NCBI RefSeq assembly: GCF_009834535.1
Contig: NC_045697.1
Span: 4,838,001-4,902,000 of the forward strand
Source: Camelus ferus
Taxonomy: Eukaryota
Reading direction: 5' to 3'
DNA length: 64,000 bases
Shown piece by piece: positions 13,096 through 23,136 of this stretch; the stretch's first letter is position 1, and every line of letters starts with the position of its first letter. Both the position numbers and the translations under genes were made by a program. The notes below the pieces were generated by a model, which was given only the letters and a program-made list of their open reading frames with translations, was not told the origin of the DNA and did no database searches.

Positions 13096-14199
13096 ATCGC
13101 TGCTGTAGGGCGGGCTGCTTAGCTGCCTGAACTCCCATCTGCAGCCTTGTTCCTCCTTGGCCACGTACCCTAACAGAGTCACGGTTTCTGTGGATTCTGA
13201 TGTGAATTATTCTGCCTACCACTAAAAGCTTCATTAAAGGTGTGGAATCTGTTTTGTCTGTCTCAGTAGAGAAGTCCTTTTTTCTGAGCCTGTGGACCAT
13301 CGTTTGGTTGGGTCCTTGGGTACTGAACCAGGCACATGCCACCTTGAGGCATCTCTTGTGCGTCTTTCTTGCTTTGTAACCTGCAGAAAGCTCTCTGCAC
13401 CTGCCATGTTCAGTAAGAATTTGTTGAGGAAATGAAAGAATGAAATGGATGAGCTGTTTAAAACTAGACTAATTTGGTTGTATCTAAGGCCACAGGGGCC
13501 GTGTTGAGCTCAGATGGTAAAATTTGGGCATTAAAAAGAATAATGGCTGCAACTGATTGAAACCCAACAACTATATTAAAAAGCCGCAACTTGAGAGAGA
13601 TTCTCTGCAGAGGCAGGGGGGCTTCCTAGGCTCAGTGCAACATTTGGACTCTTAACAGTCCCACAGGCCACACTGGACCCCATCTGTGCGAAAGGGTTGA
13701 GGGTGGGAACGCAGTGCGCTTTTTTAGACTTTCTTCTGTGGTTGCCCTTGCCTCAGGTCACACCCGACCTACAGCTGTCCAGGAGGTGTCTTACCCCCAG
13801 TTCACACAGCTCTGGTGCAAGGAGATGCAGTCCACATCAGGCCGGTGCGGGAGCCTTCCTGGCTTAGAATCTTCCTACCCGGCAGGGGCTGACGTCACAG
13901 GCACAGCCTCCAGCATCGCCCGAAGGGACATGCGCAGGTTCAGAACCACTGCACTCAGGGAAGTTTGAAGTACCTTCCTTGTGAGGGATTTATGGTTCCT
14001 TTACAGGCCCTCCCATCCAGATGTAATTTACCATCCAGGCGTCATTTTTACCATAAGCTGTGTTGCCTAGTAACACACTTGATGTTCTTGCCCTTCGAAG
14101 ATTTTCCAGTAAAAGTTAACCAAAGCTCAGATTCTCAGGGAGTCAGGAAAAGTTTTATGAACCTTCTGTTTGCATACCAAAACACAACAAGCAAATAGG

Positions 14200-15270
14200 C
14201 CAGTAAACAAACAGACCCAAAGTCATTTGTTACCGTTGGAGGTTGCGATGACACCAACTCTTTAATTAGCAAAGAATCAAACTTCTCTTATCTCTGAGCT
14301 TTATGTTAGAGTAACTGCACTGTTAAAGAGAGAAAGTTCTTTTTGAAGAATTCCAGCTTCAAAAAATGCAGATGAAATGAGAGAAAGTGTGATTTTTCAA
14401 ACCCTAATGATATTGTGGATCTAGGTAACAATTACAGTGTATATTAAAACCCTTAGGTGAAGGTTGGTAGGAGATTTTATAGTGTAGAGATGATGATGGC
14501 ACTGTTGAACTTATGATCCATCTTGTATTTACCCAGAGTACAATCCCCCAGGAGGCACATGGTACCACTTATGGTGCATTTCCAAAACAAATCGAATCTA
14601 ACTCTAGTCAAGACCTTAGATCTAACTAGTAGTTTATGGGAAATATAGAAGATGGAGGAACAGTGAGGTCCCTTGGAAGCAATCAGCCAAATCCAGAACG
14701 CGGGACATTCTGCAGGATGAACTGGCCTTGTTTTCCCAACAGGTCAATGGCATGGAAGGAAAAATGGAAGGGTAGAATGATCTAGAAGAAAGTGAACTTA
14801 ATCAACATTGTGGGATTTTATTTGCTTCTCGAATTAAGCTTTCAATTGTAAAAATCATTTTGGGACTCTTGAGGTAGTTTGGATGACTGAGATTAATTTT
14901 TGGAATTATTGTTAACATTTTAAATATGATAGGATAAAATGATGTATCATGTGATAATGACATCAAGGTTGGGTAAAACTGATATACATATAGACATATG
15001 TAGATATACATGTGCACTTGTGCGTATGTATGCGTGGACTTGTGTGTGTGTATATATGTGTGTGTGTACACACATCTCCTTAACAGTTAGTGATGCATAC
15101 TGAGGAAATTAAAGGTGAAATGAAAAACCTGGGATTTGCAGTAAAATGCTCAAACTGTAACGAGACTGGTAAATATTGACAGTTTTCGAAGCTGAGTAAT
15201 GATTACATTGGGAGTCCTACTAGTCTGTCTACTTTTAAATGCTTGCAAATGTCCGTGATAAAAGTATCTC
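14200..15270 (+). mobile_element. Old L1 (L1ME/L1MC-like) 3' region, degraded
   Basis: AT-rich text such as gcaatcagccaaatccagaa..gggacattctgcaggatgaactggcc resembles old L1 3'UTRs. Boundaries are approximate. Confidence 0.5.
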
Positions 15271-15604
15271 AGGACCCTTATATTTTTAAATGTCAGATGC
15301 CATTTTCTCCTCTGAAATTATCAAAGATGTTTAAACACTGTGAAGGGAGGGGTGAACTAAGGACCCGACTGCATTGCTGGGGAACTTTTCTGGAAAACAG
15401 TTTGGCAGGATGTTCTCAGAGGCTTAAAAATGTCGCTTACATTTGAGCCAGGAAATCACTGTGGATATCAGAAACTCTTTACAAAGATGTTTACTTCAAG
15501 ATATGTTAGATTTGGGGTTTTTCAAGTAAGCCGGACGTGCACCACTGGCATTATGGTGAGCTGAACCATGGCTCTCTGCGTGATAAAGGAAACTTTTGCA
15601 GTTT

Positions 15605-15790
15605 TTTTTTTTAATTTTTAAAAGATTTTAATAGTTTATTAAACTTTTTTTTTCATTTTTCTTTTGGACTTTTTTTTAGGGGGGTAATTAGGTTTATTTA
15701 TTTATTTTTTTAAGAGAGGTACTGGGGACTGAGCTCAGGACCTCATACATGCTAAGCATGTGCTCTACCACCGAGCTCTACCCTCCCCTC
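15605..15790 (-). mobile_element. tRNA-derived SINE (camelid Vic-1-like) with an extended tail
   Basis: Same family as the copies at 2223 and 11815. Flanking duplication CTTTT(G/A)CAGTTT. Confidence 0.85.
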
Positions 15791-16049
15791 CTTTTACAGT
15801 TTATAAATCCCCTGGAAGACGCCTGTTACAATGTGAACCAAAAAAAAGGACAAAATTGTACATGCATCTGTGTAAACAATGTATATCTATGGAAAAAATA
15901 TGTGTAGAGAACGAGACTGGAAGAAAGACAACGAAGTGCCTTCATTGGCTCTGACTGAGTGGTAGGCCTGTAGTGAAAGAACTCTTTTTCTGTGTTTCTT
16001 TATTTTCCAGAGTTTCTGTCATGAATGTAAATTAATTTTGTCCTATACG

Positions 16050-16490
16050 TCTTTTAATAGTTTTGTAGAGGTATAACTAACGTACCATGGAAGTCACCCA
16101 CATTAAGCGTACAGCCTGATGTCCGTGTGTACGTGTAAGTACATACAGTTGTGCAGCCACCACCACAATCAAGTGTTAGAATCTGTGACCCTGTGACATG
16201 TCTCACACAGATTTCTTGAGTAGAATTCACTTTTAGAGCAGTTTTAGATCTACAGAAATATTGAGAAGGTAGTACTGGGAGTTCCCACATACCCGGTACC
16301 CAGTTCCGCCTACCATTAATATCTTCCATTACCAAGTACATTCATTACAACTAATGAACCAACAATGATGCATTATTATTAACTAAAGCCCATACTCTAT
16401 TCATATTTCCCTCGTTTTTACCAAATGTCCTTTTTCTGTTCCAGGATCTCACCCAGGATGCTACACTGCATTTAGTTGGCAGATCTGTAA
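16050..16490 (-). mobile_element. Old L1 3' end fragments
   Basis: Reverse L1 3'-end text, including ttttagagcagttttagatctacagaa and aatgtcctttttctgttccaggatc. Confidence 0.6.
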
Positions 16491-16867
16491 CTTAATTTTT
16501 AATTGGAAAAAAGTAAAATAAACTTCATTTTCAAGTCCTCCAAAAATAGTATTCTATCCATCTTTCTCCTCATTTTCTTCTTCTTGTTGACTTGTTGCTG
16601 GTCGACAAAGACCATGTCTTATATTAATTATATTCCTTGTGGTTTCTATCATGGTACCCTGCAAATTGACTACGATTCTGCTAATTTTGTCACTATCCTT
16701 CAGTGAGTGGTTGGAGCAGAAGAGAGAGAGAAAAGGAAGAAAAAGAGGAGAAAGGAACAAAGAAAGACCTTACCTACAAGTAACTTAACACCTCAGAGCG
16801 CTAAGGGAACTTTGGTTTCTGCTGTGATTTGATGTAATGGAATTCTCTTGATCTTTGTGCTTCCCAG

Positions 16868-17192
16868 GTTGGAAATTGCAACCCTGAATCGAGCTGATGC
16901 AGATCTAGAAGCTTATCGAACCCAAATCAGCAAAGATATCATTGCCCTTCTACTGAAAAATCTGACCAGCCGTGGTCACCTCTCCCCTCAAGTGGAGAGG
17001 AGGATGGGTGCTGTTTTCAAAAAGCAGTTCCTGTTGCTGGAGAAAGAAATCCAGGAGGAGTATGATCGGAAGATGGTGGCCTTGACAGCTGAGTGTGATC
17101 TGGAAATGAGAAAGAAGACAGAAAGCCAGTACCAGAGGGAGATGGCGGCAATGGAGGAAGCAGAAGAGGTGCTGAAACGTGTTAGTGAGAGG
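16868..17192 (+). CDS. EVC2: EVC2/limbin internal coding exon (human exon 10 equivalent), 325 nt
   Basis: Acceptor cttcccag|G and donor GAGAGG|gtaagg. Translates LEIATLNRADADLEAYRTQISKDIIALLLKNL...EEAEEVLKRVSER, which matches recalled mammalian EVC2. Confidence 0.97.
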
Positions 17193-17254
17193 GTAAGGCA
17201 GCTTTGGAAGGAAGGTCTTCACTTGCTTCTCTTTCCTCTTGGGGATTCATCGTT

Positions 17255-17545
17255 TATCCATCCATCCATCCATCCACCCATCTGCCCACCCATTCCTCCA
17301 TCCACTCATCTGTCCATCCACCACCCTTATCTACCACCCTTACATCTGTCTGTTCATCTATTCATCCATCCATCCATTTATTCACCCACCACCTATCCAC
17401 GCATCCATCCATCCAACCAACCTTCAACCTATCCAGCCATCCACCTACCACCCTTCTATCCACCTGTCTATCTACACATTCATCCATCCATCAACCTACT
17501 ACTCTTCCAGGTACCTGTCCATCTACACATCCATCTATCCATCCA
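17255..17545. repeat. Degenerate (CCAT)n / (TCCA)n simple repeat
   Basis: Directly visible, starting about 60 nt after the exon 10 donor. Confidence 0.95.
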
Positions 17546-17780
17546 GAATTTATTTAGGAAGCATTTACTGATCACTTACTGTCTAGGCAGTGAAAGTACA
17601 GAGAAAAATGAGACATGGTTCTTGCATTCAAGAAGTTCATAGTCTAGTGAAGGATCCTCACATATAACAAATGTGGCGTCATTCAACCATGTTATAATAG
17701 AGGTATGTTCACAGTGCGGTGGGAGGTCACAGGGAGCATCGAAAGGCTTCCTTCATGGAGGAACACATCCGTGAGAGCAT

Positions 17781-17846
17781 GTCATGTGATGTCAGCGTGC
17801 GTGTGTCATGTGATGTCAGCGTGCGTGTGTCATGTGATGTCAGCGT
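17781..17846. repeat. 24-bp tandem repeat, 2.75 copies (GTCATGTGATGTCAGCGTGCGTGT)
   Basis: Exact units start at 17781 and 17805, with a partial unit at 17829. Confidence 0.95.
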
Positions 17847-18545
17847 CCATGTGTGTCCATCTGGACTGAACTGAGCTAGGTCACAGTCTCTCCAGCACGG
17901 GCTTTGGACTCACATCTAGTACATTCCAGCTCTGCTCCTCAAGGCCTCAAATAGCCTCTGAAGTCTGTGAGTCAAGGCTGAGGGCGTCCTCCTCTCGGGT
18001 GGCTTGGAGGAGTGATGTAGGAGCCCCAGGGCCTGGGCTGCAGAAAGTTCTCGTGCACGGTGCCGGTTCTGGGGGTTCTGACCCCTCAGCCTTCCCAGGG
18101 CTGGCCTCTTGATCAGAGATCAACTTCCCTTTTTCTAAGAGAGTGTCAGTTGTTGTCTTGAATCGTGCCAGTTTTTTTGCCAAGTGCACCAAATCCACCC
18201 TGATTTCCACCTTCCTCCATGAAAGGGATGGCTTGTTCAATCTGTGTGCCCACATATCTTGTTCTGAAAACCTGTCATCCTAGGGAGGTTTAACACCTGC
18301 TTAGGAACAAGCTTCTGAACTCCTAACTTCCATCCCCAGACTGGATTCCCCTGGAAGTGAGTGGAGAGCTCCCGGAGTGACAGCTCCTGGCTCTAAGGTG
18401 GTCGCCTTTGGCCAGACCGCGGGCTGGGCGGTAAAGCAGAGAGGTGGGACCCACACTGTCTCACCCCCGTCTGCTCCCTTGCACCTGGGCACCCCCTACC
18501 TAAACACACATCTCATTTTGGGATGTGACTTTTTCTGTTTGGCTC

Positions 18546-18975
18546 CTGTATCAACTTCCTGCAGCTGCTGTGACAAACGACCACAGACTGGGTGGCTTCA
18601 AACAACAGTTTCTTCTCACCCAGTTCTGGAGGCCAGGAATCCAAAATCAAGCTGTCAGCCTGGCATGCCCCCTCTGAGGCCTCTCGGGGAGAACCCTTCC
18701 TTGCCTCTTCCAGCTTCTGGGGGCTCCAGCCATTCCTCAGCTTGTGCCTTCATCACTCCGGTCTTGGCCCTGGTCTTCACGTGGCCCCACGACCCTCTCA
18801 CCTCCTCTTCTGTTTCTATAAGGACATGTGTCTTTTGATTAGGACTCACCCAAATAACCCAGGATGATCTCATGAGACCCTTCATTACATCTGCAAAACC
18901 CTTCTCCTAAATAAAGTCACAGTCACAGGTTCTGGGGTTGGGATGTTGGCTGTGTCTTTTGCAGGGAACGAGCCA
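18546..18975 (-). mobile_element. MaLR LTR (MLT1-type)
   Basis: Contains gctgctgtgacaaacgaccacagactgggtggcttca...cagttctggaggccaggaatccaaaatcaag...attacatctgcaaaaccc. Confidence 0.8.
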
Positions 18976-19219
18976 GCCCACCGCCCTGCCCCTGGCTGAC
19001 CCCGCCCTCTGATCTCCATCCATGACTAGACTGGTCACACCATGTCTCCTTGAGCCGGGCACTTAAGAAGAATGTATGGCACACACTGTTGAGCGATTCA
19101 GCCCTCAAACAACCTCACTCTGTCTCTCTTTCCCCCTTTGATTCCCTAAATTTGTTACGTTTTCTCTCTGGTAAAAAAAATACAAGTTCAATGAGGGAGA
19201 CTTGGGAAGCACTCCAAAG

Positions 19220-19424
19220 CGGAGGTCATCAAACTAGGATCCATGAGCCCAGTCCGGCCCGGCCTGTTTTTGTCTGGCCCTTGAGTTGGGAACAATTTTT
19301 ACATCTTTAAAGGAATGTAAAAAATAAAACAAACAAAAAAGAATATGTGACAGAGATCTGATGTGTCCTGTAAAGGCTAAAAAATACTTACCTGGCCCTT
19401 TACTGAAAAGTTTGCTGCCTCTTG
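19220..19424 (+). mobile_element. hAT-Charlie MITE (MER58-like)
   Basis: Degenerate TIRs with a perfect 8-bp TSD CTCCAAAG at 19212-19219 and 19425-19432. Confidence 0.85.
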
Positions 19425-20820
19425 CTCCAAAGCATGAAAAGAAAAACCCAGGGAAAAAATGGAAACCCAGCCCCTCAGTACTCAGCGGCAGACAAATATT
19501 CGTTTGTCCTGTTTATTGAGTTCCTACTGTGTGTCTGAGCCAGCCATGCTAAGGTGCCCCCAGCTCATGTCCTTGGATTCGCAGGTATTTGTGTATGTAA
19601 AGCATAAACCTTTTGCTTTATACATACATATTTTTTCGACAGAGTAAGGTTTATGCAGTTTATAAAACTATGTCATGGTTGTTTGCACTTACCCTCACAA
19701 TATAAGCACTTTCTGATTTCATTAAACGCCCTCACACTTACTTAGCGTTCACTGTGGGTGGGGCATTGCTCTAAGCATGTCACCAGGACCTTCTCTTCAA
19801 ATATTTACACCAACTCAGTGAAGCGGGAACTGATAGGACCCCAAGTTTACAGGTGAGGAAGCAGATGTGGAGAAGGTCACCTGCCTGAGGACACGTAGGC
19901 GGACCACGACCCACACCCAAACAGCCCACTCTAACCACTGAGCATCACAGCCACCCCCACACAACAGTGCATCAGAATCCTGGTGGGCTCCACCTGGGCA
20001 GAGCCTTGGTTACCAAGACTTCCTGGGGCAGTGTAGTGTTTTAAGTTTTTGCTCATTATTTACACTGGTTGTTGGGGGCGTGGAAAAGGGCTGACAGCAC
20101 AGAGTGTCTGCGCCCGCTCTGTGCGTGGGAGGGCACCACCGTCCTGGAACTGACAGGCCACCCTGTTCAAAGACAAGTCTGCTTATTTGAGCCAATGTGC
20201 TTCCAAAAATAGCATCTGAACTGCGGAAGTGAACTGAGCTCTTTCCTTTCCAGGCTGTGCACACCATTCCATCTGACATAACTTTCGATCACTCTGTGCT
20301 TATCCACACATTTATGTCAGTCATCTTTAAATAAAATGCATGGAAGGGTTTTGGCCGTAGTATTCCACTGAGAATTCGTTTTTTTAAAAAAAGCTAAATG
20401 AACAGTATCAGTTTTTAAAGTAAAGTTTAGGGATTCCAGTAACTATTATAGAGGTGAAATGTGTTCCCATGTAAACACCTATATAATCCCGTACAGTTTT
20501 CAAGATGTTTCTCCATTAAGAGGCCCTTGGGAGGTCGTGATGACTGTAGACTAATGGCAGGTGGCTTGGGTTTGGATCCTCACTCTGTTCTTCCAGAAAG
20601 TGCATTGCTCAGTCTCTTTGGGTCTCGGTTTCCCCATCCTTAAATTGGGGCTAATAATGATGTCTGTCTTAAAGGGCTGTTAATACTTGTCTAGTCCTTA
20701 GACCAGCGCTCGGTGGTGTCGGTCCTGTTCTGTCCAGCTTTTACTATGCTTCATCGTTTACTGTAATCTTTAAAGAAACCCGTGACATAAAACAGTCAGA
20801 ATATGAATCCTTTCTACTTT

Positions 20821-21336
20821 CATTACTGAGTCCAAATTTGTTCTGCTCACTGTACCACAGGTCAGTAAATTGGGAGACAAGGCGTTGGGGCAAGGAATAA
20901 TGACTTTATTCTGAAAAACAGCAGACTGAGAAGGTGGCAGACTAATGTCTTAGAGAACCATCTTCCCCAGGTCAGAATTCAGGGTCCTTTTGTATTAAAG
21001 GGAGGAGGTGTGCTCTGTTGTTGCAAACTTCTTGGTCTTGGAATCCTTTGTTCTTGCAGCTGTCCGGGTAGGTCAGGTCATGGTGTCCCTGTAAACCTCC
21101 AACAAGACAAATGTCCTTCTTTCTTGGGCAAATTTTTATCTCTATATGAATGGAAAACTGTTACAACCTTAAAGGTCAGCTTGAGAAAGGGCTCTCCTGT
21201 GTCTTTCAGGCTGTAGGCAACGTTCTTTTTTACAAAAGGTGCAGAACCAGCATGACCGAGCACAGGCAACAGAGCACAGAGTTAGAGCCAAAGGAGCAGA
21301 TCTAATACAGAGTCACATGTGCTCTTCCCTGTCACA
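20821..21336 (-). mobile_element. ERV solo LTR (copy A of a pair flanking exon 11)
   Basis: Colinear with 22617-23136 over its full length. Contains a reverse AATAAA (gactttattc) and ends in TGTCACA. Confidence 0.85.
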
Positions 21337-21774
21337 GAGTTACTGACACTCTCCTGTAACAGGGGTCTTGAGTTCAGGGAGTGTGGATACAGTAGGACTC
21401 AGTGACAGTATGTCTCTTCCCTCCTCCCCGCCCGCTGGACAGTATAAGGTGCAGGCACCCCAGTAGCCTTTCCTAACCCCTCTTTGCCTCCCTTTTTACA
21501 CAAATGATCTCCGCTCGGGTCTGATTACTGGCGTTGTTCTCTCCGACCAAGTTAAGAAGGCAAGGTGGTGGAAGTAAGCGGGAGAGCCTGACAGCACAGC
21601 AGTCCACTGATGTTCCATTTTGAGAGATATTTTCAGGCAGTTTGATTTGAAAATTTCCACCTCTGTGAATTTCCTTCTTTGAGATTGTTCTGAAAAATGT
21701 TAATAGGGAGGATGGGTTACAACAGCAGCTCCCAGAATTTAGCTGCTTCATCATGGCCTCCTTGGGACATTGTG

Positions 21775-22030
21775 TGGGTTTGTGCGCACGTGTGTACTAC
21801 ACAGGTATGTGTTCCATGTGAGTGTGCACAGACGTGCTTGTGTGTACGTGTGCACTGTGTGTATGTTGCTGGATGTGCATGTGTGCCTGTATCTGTGTGC
21901 ACGTGTGTGCACTGTTTGTTGCTTTGTGCATTTCTATGCACTGCATGTGTGTGCATGTGTGCATGTGTGTGTGGTGGTGCAGGTATGTGTACATGTGCTT
22001 GCATGCTGCACGCACGTGCCTGTGCGTGCC
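21775..22030. repeat. Degenerate TG/TGCA-rich low-complexity repeat upstream of exon 11
   Basis: Directly visible; contains five TGCATG hexamers. Confidence 0.9.
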
Positions 22031-22073
22031 TGGGCGGCATGTCACCTCCCACGTGCCACCTCTGCTCCCGCAG

Positions 22074-22313
22074 TCCGCCGCCGAGTGCAGCGGCCTCCTG
22101 CGGAGCCTGCACGGGCTGGAGCAGGAGCACCTGAGGACGTCGCTGGCTCTGCAGCAGGAGGAGGACCTGGCCAAGGCGCACCGGCAGCTGGCCACTTTCC
22201 AGAGAAATGGGCTGCACAGCATCTTTTTCACCCAGATGAAAAGCGCTATTTTCAAAGGGGAACTGAAGCCGGAGGCCGCTAAACTGCTGCTGCAAGATTA
22301 CTCCAAAGCACAG
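22074..22313 (+). CDS. EVC2: EVC2 coding exon (exon 11 equivalent), 240 nt, phase 0-0
   Basis: Acceptor ctcccgcag|TCC and donor CAG|gtaatg. Translates SAAECSGLLRSLHGLEQEHLRTSLALQQEEDLAKAHRQLATFQRNGLHSIFFTQMKSAIFKGELKPEAAKLLLQDYSKAQ. Confidence 0.97.
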
Positions 22314-22616
22314 GTAATGCCTCAGATACGGCTCTGCCGGCGGAGTCGTCCTCCTGACCTGTGTCAGCGACCGCCTCCTCTCCCAGATCCGAGTCCTGTC
22401 CCTTCTGTGCTGTGTTCCCCTGCACGAACCTTCTCCCTCTTGACGTGGGGGTGCGTCCCAGTACTCAGGGCAGGCGGCGGCTTGAAGCACAGGCCTTGGA
22501 CTCCCCTGGGCTTGCATCCTAGGCCCACCGCCCATCAGCTCTCTGAAGTTCAGCAGATTGCCTAACCTCTGAGCCTCAGTTGCCTCCCCTGTAAAATGGG
22601 GGTGATGGAGTGTCCA

Positions 22617-23136
22617 TGTTACCGAGTCCAAACTCATTCTGCTTGCCACATGTCAGGCCAGTAAATCAGGAGACAAGGCACTGGGGCAAGGAATAATGAC
22701 TTTACTCAGAAAGCCAGCAGACCAAGAAGATGGGGGACTAATGTCCTGGAGAACCATCTTCCCCAGAGTCAGAATTCAGGCTCCTTTTATACTAAAAAAG
22801 GGATGGGTTGTGGTCGGTTGTTGTAAACTTCTTGGTGTCAGGATCCTTTATTCTTGCAGCTGTGCGTGTAGGTCAGGTCACGGTGTCCCTGTAAACCTCC
22901 ATCAGAACACATGTTATTTTCTATTCTGCAACTTTTTGTCTCTATGTGAATGCAAAAGTGTTACACTCTTAAAGGTCAGAGCCTTGAGAACAGGCTCTCC
23001 TGTGCATTTCAGGCTGCAGGAACATTCTTTTACAAAAGGTGCGGAACCAGCGTGACCGAGCACAGGCAACAGAGCACAGGGTTAGAGCCAGAGGAGCAGA
23101 GCTAACGTGGAGTCAGGTTTGTTCTCCCCCATCACA
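22617..23136 (-). mobile_element. ERV1 solo LTR (copy B), inserted into a MIR
   Basis: TG...CA termini with a 4-bp TSD TCCA/CCCA (one mismatch). The flanks rejoin as MIR core text (ctgtaaaatggggg...gtggtgaagatttaatga). Confidence 0.85.

Noticed and set aside
1..16867. Upstream EVC2 exons or a second gene
   Set aside because: I found no match to the expected preceding peptide (...QMIDILSSEDPGSMLQALEE) and no other convincing coding exon. Treated as intron.
16848..17642. 264-aa ORF with an H/P/S/I-rich tail
   Set aside because: It is exon 10 plus read-through into the (CCAT)n repeat. A consensus donor at 17193 ends the real coding part.
17781..17846. CRISPR-like repeat array (also considered for 32995-33066)
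   Set aside because: The repeats are tandem without unique spacers, the context is mammalian, and there are no cas genes.
21697..22649. Several overlapping Cys/Val- or His/Thr-rich ORFs
   Set aside because: These are translations of the TG-rich repeat and antisense shadows of exon 11.
20821..23136. A single provirus or LTR retrotransposon that captured a host exon
   Set aside because: There is no shared outer TSD, no primer-binding site or retroviral coding sequence that I could see, and the exon is in its normal colinear position. Copy B has its own TSD.
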